From Eledone cirrhosa (Eukaryota): a DNA stretch of 64,000 bases. Positions 41,921-54,570 of this stretch are shown in pieces. Location: NCBI GenBank assembly GCA_964016885.1, contig OZ024742.1, forward strand, positions 147,374,001-147,438,000, read 5' to 3'. A program made the position numbers and the translations under genes. Below the pieces are notes generated by a model. That model was not told the DNA's origin. It did not search any database and saw only the letters and a list, made by a program, of their open reading frames with translations. Numbering within the stretch: position 1 is the first letter of the stretch; every line of letters begins with the position of its first letter.

Positions 41921-42248
41921 TTAAAACACTCATTAAAAAAATGAATGATGACTAGTGAACCTTTTAACTGAAGTACCAGGTTAATAAACACGAAACATCA
42001 GGAGTTTTTAACACGAAGAATAATCTTAATTATGAAGATTACTAATGTAATCTATATTTTATTATTTTAGATTTGATTTAAAAGGAGCTGTAATTGTTAT
42101 TATTTGAAGTTTTTGATCTTGTAACAGACAATGGTGCCCGCACAAGAACTTGGACTAATTTTGACCTCTCTAGTGCTGTGCCACCATCCAACCAATGTGA
42201 CCCTGTAAACAGCAGTGATGTCTTAACAGGTTCAATCCCACTGTGTGG

Positions 42249-45200
42249 CATCATCATCATCAACGTTTAACGTCCGTGTTCCACGCTTGCATGGGTTTGG
42301 ACGGGGGTTTTCCCACTTGAGGCAAGAGTGATTGTCTTGCTCGCATAGGACTGTCTGGCGGGTTTTCTACAGCTGGATGCCCTTCCTAACACCAACCACA
42401 TTTACAGTGTGGGGCTGGGAGGTTTTTACCGTGTTGCCTACACGGCCACATTACAGCGTGGACTGTGTGTTTTTTGTCGTGACACCTACACGATCTCATT
42501 TGTTTTGGCCTGGATGTTGTGGCACCAACATAACTTTACACTGAAAGGGGCGGTGTGGATGGGGTGGGACGGGGGTGTATTTTGTTAGAGATGACTACTG
42601 ACTGTAGTTGGTTTTACTTTGTATTTAGGTAAGGCGGGTCTTCTCTATTACTGAGTACCGCCAAAGGTCTCGGTCCAGTGACATTGTCTTGGAGAGGTGT
42701 AAGTGTGTGAGGTCGGAATTTATCAGCTCGTCCCAGGTTTTTCTGGGTCTGCCTATTCCGTGGCTACCGTCTATCTTTATTGCCCTGCACTTTGTTATAC
42801 AGCTATCGTCTTTCATGCGCATCACGTGACCATACCAACGTAGCCTTCTCTCGAGTAAACAACATCTGATCCCTCTTATTTCTAATTTTTTCCTAAGTTC
42901 GTTTATGCTTTGCCGTTCACGTATATTACTATTACACATCCAGCGGAGCATGCAAGCTTCGTTCCTCTCTAGTCTGCGTATATCCTCTGCACACAATGCC
43001 CAGGTCTCACTGCCATGCAACATTGCTGTTCGTATGCAAGCATCATACAACCTGCCTTTCATTTTTAGGGAGAACCCTTTAGCGGCTAATAGTGGTATAA
43101 GCTCTCTGAACTTTTTCCATCCAGTTCTGACTCTAGCTACTGTACTTTCAGAGCACCCTCCCTCACTGCTGATTCTGTCACCCAGGTAACGGAAGCTGTC
43201 CACTATTTCTATAGAACCCTCTGCGCAGTTGAAAGAGCTAGTATTTTGTGGGCACTTGCTGCTACTTATTGCACCAGAGCACCGGCCACATGTAAAATCT
43301 ATGTTCTTAGTTAGCTTACCTGTGATCCCACTACATCTTTTATGCACCCATACTTTGCATTTCGGACACAAAATGGAGTTTCTACCTACGCCTTTCCTAC
43401 ACACTGAGCATGGCCACTTCCCGGAAGGGACCGCCGCCTTATTTTCTTTCCTACAAACTAGAACTTTGGTCTTAGCCAGGTTAATTTTAAGGCCTTTTGA
43501 TTCTAGGCCGTGCTTCCATGTTTGGAATTTCTTCTCTAGCTCGGCCATTGATTCAGCTAAGAGTGTTAGGTCATCTGCGTATAGGAGTTCCCATGGGCAG
43601 CCGGTCTTGAACTCCTCTGTTATAGCCTGAAGGGCAATAATAAATAGTAGGGGGCTGAGAACAGAGCCCTGATGGACGCCAACTTTTACGCTAAACTCTT
43701 CACTATATTCGTTGTTAATTCTAACCTTGCTGACTGTTTCTTTATACATGGCTTGTATAGCTCTCACAAACCATTCGTCAACACCTAGTTTTCTAAGAGC
43801 CCACCAGATAATGGAACGGGGGACTCTGTCGAAGGCTTTCTCCAAGTCGACAAAAGCTAAGTATAGGGGTTTACTTTTAGCTAGGTACTGCTCCTGTAGT
43901 TGTCGTACAATGAAAAGAGCGTCTGTGGTACTTTTGCCTGACACAAACCCGAACTGCATTTCATCTAGATCAATTCTCTCTCTGATTAGTTGCGCTATTA
44001 CTTTTTCCGTGACCTTCATGACCTGGTCGAATAATTTAATGCCTCTATAATTACTCCTATCTAGGGCATCTCCTTTACCCTTATAACAGTTAACGATGAT
44101 GCTGCTACGCCAGTCCTTTGGAACAACCCCCATTCTGTACGACTTGGTTAACTATCCGGGTGACCATGGTGTGTCCCACCGTGCCAGATGCCTTCACCAT
44201 CTCAGCAACTATTTCCGAAGGCCCAGCCGCCTTCATATCCTTGATTGCCTTACTTATTATACTACCCTCGACTAACACTGCTGGTCCCTCTATTGGGTCG
44301 ATGTGGGGGAGACTGTCTTTCTCCCATTTATTCTCCTCATTTAGTAGCCTTTCATAGTGACACTTCCAAGCTACCTTCTTATCAGCGTCGGTGATGGCAA
44401 GTACGCCGTCATCATTAAGTACACACTTCTCCCCGACAATATCACGGTTTTCCTTGACACATTGCCTAGCAATCCTGAACACCTCACGTTTTTGGTCCTC
44501 GCGTTGTAGAACATGCTTGAACTTTCTTTCCTCTGCTTCCCCCATCCCGCCATACTTTTTGGCCTTAATTGACCCCTCCACCTTACTGTTCCACCACCAT
44601 GTTACTCTCCTCCTGCCTACAGGCCTGCTCCAGCCACAGACTTCGTCTGCCGCCATCAGCAGGTTTGCTTTCAGGAATTCCCACTGCTCCTCTATATTGT
44701 ACGACTCTAATTGCTCTTCCTTACTGTCGAAAGCATCAAGTAATATGCTTTTAAATTTATTTCTGGCTGTGGGGTCCTTTAGCTTCCATATTTTTCTCCT
44801 GAGGATAGTCCTCTTCTGTTGTCTAGTACGTCTCGTCCTGACTATTAGGTCGCTAATTATCAGTCTATGTTGGGAGGTGCATTCTTCATGGGGGAGGGAT
44901 TTAGTGTTTACAACAGACACTCTGTCACGTCTTCTGGTAAGGATATAATCTACCTGGCTTGTGTGTTCCCCCGATCTATAGGTGATCAGGTGATTGTCAC
45001 CTTTTTTGAAGTTAGTGTTACAGATAGTTAGGTTATTTGCGTCGCAGAATTCCAGGATTCTGGAGCCTTCCTCATTTCTAGTACCAAACCCATAGCCTCC
45101 ATGGATTTCGTTGTAGCTGTCACAGTGTTGTCCAACGTGACCATTTAGGTCGCCAGCAATAATTATATAGTCACTGTCGGTTATTTGGGAGGTAGTGAGC

Positions 45201-45430
45201 ATCAGTGTCTCATAGAATCTGTCTTTTATAGTGCCAGGCAGTCCGGATTGGGGTGCGTACGCAGATATTACTGTCACCGTAGTTCTATTGAGGACAAGTC
45301 TTATTTTAATTATTCTGTCGTTCACTCTATTTACGTCTATTATCTTATCTGCCCACTTTTCTGCTACCATTATTCCTACTCCACCCAGCCCATTGTCATT
45401 TCCCACCCAGAAAAGCTTATAGCATCGTTT
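42249..45430 (-). mobile_element. Young RTE LINE (subfamily C) in eIF2-gamma intron 4
   Basis: Partial APE (SAYAPQ, GDLNGHVG, SQHRL), RT and PHD-like finger in ORFs 44105-45430 and 42625-44133. One frameshift, small deletions, 5' truncated. Confidence 0.97.
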
Positions 45431-46394
45431 TTTACCCTCAATGAATGGGTAAGTATTTTGAAGATACAGTCTCGGGTCAAGCCAAGCCATGTAAATGAAA
45501 TAAGGCAGACGGAAACTGTGTGGAAGTCTATTGGATGGGTTGCACTTGTAATTCACGTATTGTGTCATGCTAATTCTGCTTAGGAATTATCTTATTGATA
45601 CACATGTCTGTGTACCACATCTGGTATACTCAACCACCTGCATTATTATACAAGATGGATTGTACCAGTAAGTCAAAGACCCAGCCTTGACCCATATTGT
45701 GTCTCTGATTCTGTTTATGAATTACATTAAGGGTACATGTGTCAGTGGAATACTCAATCATTTGCACATTAATTTATGTTGGTTGTGCAGTTAATCAGAA
45801 AACTAGATGATTATCATCATCATGTCACCTTTCTCTTTGTTGTCAAGTTCCACTGCAAATACGATGTAAATTTCCCAATATATTTAGGCCAACAAGGAAT
45901 ACCAGGCATACCCCACAATGCCAGACACCATCCACTTGCTTCAAAACTACTCCTATGACTCAGCACTACTCCCCCGTTGTTCTGTATCCCCTCCACCAGC
46001 AAGTGCCATATAGCATGCACCCATCCCATTCACCCTAATCCTCATCAATGCTTCACCAGCCAGACAAAGGACACTAAGCACCTAGTGTTGTAATAAAGTA
46101 GAGCTAGTAACAGATGAAAAGCAGCCAATCCACCTTGTAAGGTAGTAGTGCTGTAAAATGTTTGGCATAAAAAAAGACAAAAAGCGATAGAAACAAAGCC
46201 GAAATGTGGGCAAAAACGTGGTGACCTGAAACTGCCCCTGATTCTATGATACAGAACTGTTTGTTTTAAAGTGTTCATATCTATCTAAAAACCTTACATC
46301 ATAATTTTACCGAAGTACTTTTAAGTTCAAAACATCAGCTTAATGAGAAAATTAGTAGAAAATATTTTGCTAAACAACTCAACATGTGTTTTAA

Positions 46395-47423
46395 CCCTTT
46401 AGCATTCGCATTAATTTTCAAATGTCATGCTTATCTGTTCACATTATTTTCAGTTAATAATACTCAAGAGGGTTATCAATTTTATTTGTTTGTAATTTTC
46501 TTAATTTTCTATGTGCAGACTTGAAATTTTGTCAGTAGATATTTAAATATCAATAATTTACAATTATATAATTTTACCTGATTTTTTTTGTCAAATTTGA
46601 CTTTTATGGGCAGGTGAAATTAATTAATAGTATCAACCAGGTGCAAATACTGGTTTAATTTTAAATACGTTGCTTTCGACATAATACTTGATATATAAGA
46701 ATCACTAAACCTTATATCAGTGCTCCAGTAATTCCACAGTCTTGGAAATTGTTTTATACCGAACATAATATTTACGGTAAAAAATGCTTGCATTTCCGCA
46801 GCATGTTGGTTGCCAAACAGATTGGGTTTTCCTTGATTTGAAATCTGTTGTTGGCCATATCGATTAATCTCTTCTGCCACAACTTCGAAGAAAGTTTGTG
46901 GTAAAAACAAAAAGAAATAATCCAGTACTTTAGCACCGGGAGCTAATGTGTGCTGTGGACCAGTATTTTGAATAAAATCGGGAACATGTATTGGTGTGAT
47001 ATTTTTCAACCACGTTGCTGTAATATTTTCAATGGCGCCCTGGAGACCTCCTTCGTTTTCACTTTCAAAACAACAACCATTGTCGGACGAAATTTCAGAA
47101 ATATAAACATCAGATTCATTTGAACATAAATCACTAATATTATCGTTTGTTTCTTGTTTATTCTGAATGTTGCCGTGTGTAAAACCTTCAAAGTCGGTAT
47201 CGCTACTTTCATAAGCCATGTTGATACAAAAAAAAAATTTGTTGCACTTTCAAAGTTAAAAAAACACTTGTTTTAAGTTGTTCCACTATATTAAGTGTTA
47301 ATTTTCGCGTTAAGGGCTTAATCTCGCAGCAGTCTCAAATTGACGAGATTTTGATGATGGTTTGTTTATTTTTAGAACGATTTTTTAGTGTGGGTGTTTT
47401 CGGGCGATTTGAACACTAAAGGG
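46395..47423 (-). mobile_element. Internally deleted piggyBac with N-terminal transposase ORF 47219-46620
   Basis: TTAA-CCCTTTAGCATTC...GAACACTAAAGGG-TTAA. The ORF has an acidic N-terminus, then YFFLFL..EEINRYG, EMQAFF, NYWSTD and IMS..YLHLVD. Confidence 0.88.
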
Positions 47424-48296
47424 TTAAGGCTATCTTCACTGCTAAGGCAGGAGTTACTCTTGTGGACCCCATAACAAGGTTCTCTATTTTTCCCTATTGT
47501 CTGCATCACCCATCAAACTATCCAAGACATTTACACATTATAGGTGCAGGCATAGTTGTATGGTTAAGGAGTTTGCTTTACAACCACAAGGCATCGGGTT
47601 CATGCACACTGTATAACACGTTAGGCAAGTGTCTTAACTATAGCTTCAGGTCTACCAATGCCTCATGACTGAAATTTAGTATGTGAAAACTGGAAATTGA
47701 CATAGGAAATATAAGTACTGGGGTTGTTATGATTTACTAAATCCCTTTAAGGTGATAATCCAACATGGCTGCAGCCTATTGACTGAAACCAGTAATAAAA
47801 AAAAAAAAAATTCTAATCATCTCATTTAGCTCTCTTGATAAATTCTCAAGATAATGTAGATGGTAATAAACATCAGAGAATGATTAACATAACCATATCG
47901 CCAAAAGTGAGGTTGCATGGCCTAGTGGTCAGGGGGTTGAATTCATGATCATAAAGTCACGAGTTCGATTCCTAAACTACACAGCGTGTTATGTTCTTGA
48001 GCAAGACACTTCATTATAGAGCCTCTATAATTAAAACACTTGAGAAGCCTCTAATGAAATGCAATCTCAACCTACATAGGTGAGCTGCAACAACTTGAAA
48101 GAACTGAAACTAATTAAAAAGCATCCAAGAAGCCTCCTATGAAATGTGACTTCATAGGAGGTCACATAAATTTATACAGACAAGCTATATCAATGCTGAG
48201 GCCCTTTTCCTTAAAAAAGTACCCAAGAAACCTCCTATGAGATGCACCCACATAAATGTAAACTGTAACAGCAAAATAAAGAATAGATAAACTGAC

Positions 48297-48362
48297 CTTA
48301 GCATTAGCATATCCTAATTTGATGGTAATGTTCCTTTCTAATTCATTTTTAAAACGAACAGT
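48297..48362 (-). CDS. EIF2S3: eIF2 gamma exon 4 ([22 protein letters not shown])
   Basis: 66 nt, switch I. Confidence 0.97.
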
Positions 48363-48719
48363 CTGAAAACAAAACAACAGTTAAGGTTAGCAATAACAAT
48401 AGAAAGCAGCTGTTATCAATTTAACAATAGAGAAACTAAGAGAATTGCAGTAAACTAAAGTAAGGAGAACATATATTTAATACGGAAAAGTCAATGGTAA
48501 AACATTAATTTATAACGTTCTCTATGATATGAAGCCACAATTAATAAGGGATTCTTGAAGAATATAATAAATGTCTGGATCACAATCACTTAGACAGCAA
48601 ATTTTCACAACAATCTACCCACTCATAAAGATACTCTAAACATTTGTATTAACAAACCTAGTTTTAGACAACTACTAAGGTCAGCTCAGTAGATAGATGT
48701 TGCAATCAAAAGAATGATG

Positions 48720-48900
48720 TATAAAGCTCAGTTTGTAATAACATTTACTGCAATGATCCATTGTTAATATTTCAATAAGAACCACACCCTATAAAGCCCA
48801 GTTTGTGATAAGATTTGCTGCAATGATCCAGTTAATATTTTAATAGGAACCACATTCTGTAAAGCTCAGAATGATCCATTGTTAATATTTCACAATGAAC
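48720..48900. repeat. ~70-bp tandem repeat, 3 diverged copies
   Basis: TAAAGCTCAG...AATGATCCATTGTTAATATTTCA repeated. Confidence 0.75.
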
Positions 48901-49420
48901 GACACATCAGTTACCAACAAGTGTTTTAATGCAATTTCCAATGCTAAAGTAGGAGTTAACCCTGCATGTCACACAGCAAGCTTCATACTCATCATAGGAT
49001 CCTTTTGAAGCAATGTTTTACAGCCAGATACCATGCCTGGTGCCAACCCATTTAGTCATTTGCTACATGCAGCACCACGATGTACCTATTCTAAACGAGA
49101 CACACAGTTCTGTACCAAAGTTACCATTCATTGTTAATTGTAATTTGTGTAATTTAATGGAATGAGAGGATGGGCTTATTGCAACAGTACCAGTGTATAT
49201 TATTTGTGTATCAGTTAATGGTATAAAATGCTATCCCAGTAGATTGTTCCAACAGCTTCCACTGTAGCAGCTGTAGATGTGTTACTTCAGTATGAATTAC
49301 AGGTATACAACATGTAATCCCAGTGGTATCAGAATTCGTTTATTTTATGTTACCAATATAACTGCTCAATACCTGAAGTACATGATCAAAAAGGCATAAA
49401 TAAATCACCACCATACATAC

Positions 49421-49482
49421 CTGGACACCTGAGATTGCTTTTACAGCTGTTGATTTACCATGGGCTACATGTCCAATGGTAC
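49421..49482 (-). CDS. EIF2S3: eIF2 gamma exon 3 (GTIGHVAHGKSTAVKAISGVQ)
   Basis: 62 nt, P-loop. Confidence 0.97.
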
Positions 49483-49770
49483 CTGCAATCATAATAAGTT
49501 GAGATATCTAATTAAATGGACAGCCATTTAGCAAAAAAAAAATATATAGTTTTTAAAACCAAATTATAATTTTTTTTAAATCAACACATACATGGCCATG
49601 TGGTTAAAGAGTTTTCTTCACAATCAAGTGATTTGGAGTTCAATCTCACTGCATAACAACTTGGGCAAATGTCTACAATAGTCTTAAGTTAACCACTGCC
49701 TTCTGAGTGAAAGTTGGTAGGCAGAAACTGCAGAAGCATGTGTGTGTGTGCGCGTATATATATATATAAT

Positions 49771-50088
49771 GGAGGCACATGGCTTAGTGGTTAGAGCATT
49801 GGGCTTGCAATCGAAAGGTTGTAAGTTCAATTCTCAGACCGGGTGATGTGTTGTTTCCTTGACAAGACACTTTATTTCATATTGCTCCAGTTTACTCAGC
49901 TGTAGAAACTGGGGTCCCTATCATTCCACTGTAAAGTGGACGTGTAGGTGCCATGGCAAAAAAGCACCCAGCACTCACTGTAAATGAGGTTGGTGTTAGG
50001 AAGGGCATCCAGCTATAGAAATCAAGCCAGAATCAGTTCCCGTCCTACTATTGCAAGCAGGGAAAAGCAGACGTAAAATGATGATGAT
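49771..50088 (+). mobile_element. tRNA-derived SINE with RTE tail
   Basis: Family member, antisense in eIF2-gamma intron 2. Confidence 0.9.
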
Positions 50089-50099
50089 ATATAAATATG

Positions 50100-52045
50100 A
50101 GAAGAATGCATGGGAAAAAGAGACCCTATACAGGGGCCAGCAGCAGTGTAGTAAGTAAGGCAATCAAAGATATGAAGACGGGGAAGGCAACCAGTCCATC
50201 GGGTATAGCTGCCGAGATGCTGAAGGCATCTGGGTCGGTAGGTCACACCATAACCACACATATTGTTAACCAGGTAATACTAGAGGGTATCATACCAAAG
50301 GATTGGTGCAACAGCATCATTGTCAACTGCTACAAAGGTAAACGTGATGCACTAGATAGAGGTATAAAGCTGATGGACCAGGTCATGAAAGTAACAGAAA
50401 GAGTTATAGCACAGTTGATTAGGGACCGGGTGAAAATAGATGAGATGCAATTTTGGTTTGTACCAGGAAAAGTCACCACTGATGCCCTCTTCCTTGTGAG
50501 GCAGTTACAGGAAAAGTACCTAGCTAAAGTAAGCCGTTCTACCTGGCATTCGTCGATCTGGAAAAAGCCTTCGACAGAGACCCCGTGCTATAATTTGGTG
50601 GGGTCTTAGAAAATTAGGAGTAGATGAATGGCTTCTGAAAGCTGTACAAGCCATGTATAGAGGAGCAGTCAGCAAAGACTATAGCGAGGAATTTAGCATA
50701 CAAGTCAGTGTCCACCAGGGCTTTATTCTTAGCCCTCTCCTGTTCATTATAGTTTTGCAGGCAATAACGGAAGAGTTTAAAACCGGATGCCCATGGGAAC
50801 TCCTATATGCGGATGATCTCACACTTATGGCTGGTGGAACTAGAGAGTAAATTCCAAACATGGAAGCAGGGACTAGAAAGAACGGGTTTCAAAGTCAACC
50901 TGACAAAGACTAAGGTCCTCGTAAGTAGATGAGAAAACAGAACCCAGATCCCCTCAGAGAAATGGCCATGCTCAGTATGTAGGAAAGGTGTAGGTAGGAA
51001 CTCCATCCTCTGCCCCAAATGCAAACAATGGGTACACAAGAGATGTAGTGGGATCTCAGGAAGCTTAACTAAGAATGTAGGCTACACATGTAGCAGCTGT
51101 ACTGCGACAGCAAGCATCAAAATGACCACAGGAAACAAACACCACCAAACTCTGGGAGGGCTCTGTAGAAACAGTAGACAGCTTCTGCTACCTAGGTGAC
51201 CAAATTAGCAGCGGAGGTGGGTGTTCGGAAAGTACAATAACTAGGGTAAGAACGGGATGGAAGAAGTTCAGGGAGCTACTGCCACTGCTAGCTGCAAAAG
51301 GCTTTTCCCTCAAAATGAAAGGCAGACTGTATGATGCGTATATACGAACAGCAATGTTACATGGTAGTGAGACCTGGGAGCTGTCTGTAGAAGACTTGCG
51401 TAGATTAGAAAGAAACAAAGCTTGCATGCTCTGATGGATGTGTAATAGTAATATACGCAAACAGCAAAGCATAAACGAATTGAGAGAGAGACTGAGCATA
51501 AGAGGCGGTTGAGTTGGTATGGACACGTGATGCGTATGAAGGATGACAGCTGCATAAAAAGGTGCAGAGCACAATAAGTCGATGGAAACCGTGGAGTGGG
51601 GAGACCCAAGAAGACCTGGGATGAGGTGATAAAACCCAACCGTACCCAATTGTACCTCTCAAGGGCGATGACACACGACCGTGACTTCTGGTGTCACGCA
51701 GTAATACAGAAGACCCGACTTCCCACAGGTACAAGCCGAAGCTGAAGCATATAGACAATATGCCCACACACCCTCCCACTGCAGTGGTCGTGGAGGTGCC
51801 ACGGTAAAAAAGCACCCAGCCCACACTAAAGCGGATGTGTAGGCGCCATGGAAAAAAAACACCCAGCACTCACTGTAAATGAAGTTGGTGTTATGAAGGG
51901 CATCCAGCTGTAGAAATCAAGCCAGAATCAGTTCCCGTATGAGCAAGACAAGGTCAGCCGACTGGATATTGCCCACAACAGGACAACCTGTCTAACCCAT
52001 GCTAGCATGGAAGAACGGACGTAAAACGGTGATGATGATGATGAT
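50100..52045 (+). mobile_element. 5'-truncated RTE LINE (subfamily B), antisense in eIF2-gamma intron 2
   Basis: RT and PHD-like motifs with frameshifts; close to 24581-26177. Confidence 0.93.
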
Positions 52046-52046
52046 A

Positions 52047-52125
52047 CAGGTTGTGTCCCCCAAAATATATACACATTTCAACTGCATTCTAATAAAAAGT
52101 GTGTATACATTTTTGGGACATCCTG
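52047..52125. mobile_element. ~80-bp Tc1/mariner-type MITE (copy 3)
   Basis: TA-CAGG..TGTCCC...GGGACATCCTG-TA. Confidence 0.75.
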
Positions 52126-52462
52126 TATATATATATATATATATATTGATAATCTGCAGTACTGGTATCAGAAAGATCACAAATCAAAGAAGTACTCAAT
52201 ACATGGTATGATGCAGAGTGGGTGTATTAGTAAAGGTAGAGGATCCACCGCGAGCTCAGCAGCTTTGGTTAATTACCACTTCAGATGATGTAACTAGCCG
52301 AAACCATGAAGCTTACAGTTGATCATCAACTTTTAATATATATATAGACACACACACGTGTGTGTGTGTGTTTATGTCCCATAAGTTAGCAGCAAAAAGA
52401 GATCAATAAAATAAATAACAAACTCTTCTGGAGGGGAGTAGATGTAGAGCAAATTCATTTAA

Positions 52463-52623
52463 CTCTTAACATTCTGTAATGATTCTGAAGAAAATACATT
52501 TTCTAGTAGACAAATGATTGTGAAAATTTGTAATATTAGACTAAAGATTAATTTTTAATAGTGCTTTGTACTTTTCAAGAATATCTTGTTAAAGCAGTCC
52601 TAAGCAGTACAGGATGTTAAGAG
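52463..52623. mobile_element. CTCTTAACAT-TIR MITE
   Basis: TTAA-CTCTTAACATTCTGTA...TACAGGATGTTAAGAG; same family as 7295. Confidence 0.7.
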
Positions 52624-52763
52624 TTCAAAAAAATGGAAGCACTGGGTTAGGGGAAAGACTAGACAACCGATGACACCAGTGGATACTTAGTTTTTCAATT
52701 AAACTTACTTGAGAAAACCAATTAAAATTTTAGATAAAAACCGAAGGTTGAAATAATACTTAC

Positions 52764-52827
52764 CAATATTTATTGTTGCTTGTCGACTGATAACTTCTGG
52801 AGTAAGAGCTGTCAAAGATTCAACATC
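52764..52827 (-). CDS. EIF2S3: eIF2 gamma exon 2 (DVESLTALTPEVISRQATINI)
   Basis: 64 nt, AG/GTAAGT boundaries. Confidence 0.97.
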
Positions 52828-54089
52828 CTATAAAAAGATAATTTTATAACACAATTATTACATGTTTGTTATTTTTTGTATGTTTACTAAATGTTTATGC
52901 TATATCCCAGCAGTAACACTGAAACTATTGAGTTGTATTTAAGAACTTAGCAGAAAGCTGTAAATATGTTTATTATATTTATTTTCATGAATGTTTATCA
53001 GGTGACTTTCATTGAAATAGGTTTGTGTCTAACCATTTAAATAATTAGAATTAAGTGTTTACACCGATATTCCAGTTTTTGTAAACAGGAAGTTGACTTG
53101 ATGCAAAAGAATTTAAATTTAAACTCTGTTAAATTATAATTTACAGTATATACTCAAATATTAGCCAATCCCCCAAGAGCAAAAATCCAAACCCCATTTA
53201 TAAGCCGAAACAGCTAATCAACAGTTTAGATGGTGTGGTTTAGAAATTCTCATTATGTAATGAGTTTTCATCGAGGCTAACTTTGTCTTTCATCCTTACG
53301 GGGTCGATAAAATAAAGTATCAGTAATGGGTAATCGCTGGCCTTCTACAGGTTGCTCAAATTTTGTTTGCTTTCAGGGGAGGAGGAGGGGCAGTAAGTTA
53401 GAGAAGAAGCAGAACATGAAAAAGAGTGAGCAAGGGCAATAAATTAAAATCAGAACTAAGATCTTACATAAGATAAAAAGAAAAAGTATTAAGTCAGAGA
53501 AAAACATGTATTTGTGTGTGTAGGTGTATAAAAATTTGTTAGAAATATTTAAGGGAATGTATAACATCAATGACGATGTAAATGTAGAAAAACAGTGTTT
53601 CATTGTAAAATAACAACTCCAAATATTTTTAACACTTTATTCATGTAAAATTTGAAGTTGGTGAACCCCGAATATAAGCCAACCCCACCATTTTGGTCAC
53701 ATACCTCGGCTTATATTCAAGTATATACAGTATATCAATTAGAAGAGTTGTTTGAGCATCAGATTAAATGCCTGGGCATTTCTTCCCACCCCTTGCATTC
53801 TGAGTTAAAACATGGCAGTCAGCTTTGCTTTTCATCTTTTTAGGGTTGATAAACGAAATAGCAATCTTGGGGCAGAATTTTAAAGATGCCTTTTGGTATC
53901 TGTTCCAGCTTGATGCTTTCTGAATTCAAATCCTGCCTTCTATAACTGGAAAAGCAGTGACATTTCTGGCAAATAATATATCTCTTCCTCAGCAGGCTGG
54001 CCTTTAACCTGTTTGTTACCAAATTTCTAATGGAAAACACTGCCTATAATTTTTCAAATAATCAAGAATTTAGAGGGATTTCATCATAT

Positions 54090-54570
54090 AACTAGCTTTC
54101 TCATTATTACCCTAGGACGATTGTATGGCACATGTGTGCGAAGTGCAATGCTAGTGAAACATAGGCAGTAACTGCAGAAGACGTGTAGACTGGAGAGAAA
54201 TGAAGTAACCATGGTTTGTTGGATGTGCAATATAAACATGAGAGAAAGGCAGAGCTTGGATGAACTGAGGGAGAAGCTGGGTTTAAGAGGAATTTGTTGT
54301 GATGTGCAAAAGAGAAGACTGCATTGGTATGGACATGTGATGCACATGGATTATAACAAATGGGTGAAGAAGTACCAGTGGAAGGAAGTCACAGTAAAGG
54401 TAGACCAAAAACGACCTGGGCAGAGGTGATGAGAGCTGACCTCAAATAGCTGAAACTCACAGAGGAGATGTCAAAGAAATGTGGCAAGTGGAGAGATGCT
54501 TTGCTGAGAAGGACTTGTCCAAACCATGCAAGCATGGAAAAACAGACGTAAAGATGATGATGATGATGAT
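54090..54570 (+). mobile_element. Decayed RTE 3' fragment
   Basis: WMCNINMRERQS...RRLHWYGHVMHM and a (GAT)n tail. Confidence 0.85.

Noticed and set aside
41945-41972. C/D-box-like ATGATGA...CTGA
   Set aside because: Too short, antisense to the host gene, no terminal stem.
41321-48362. Insect-type Su(var)3-9/eIF2-gamma alternative-splicing fusion
   Set aside because: No intron at the ITIKL|G position used in insects, and no chromo or SET exon seen. Intron 4 contains only TEs.
52278-52312. Third hammerhead-like motif CAGATGA...CGAAAC
   Set aside because: Core and stem II are too degenerate to support a call.
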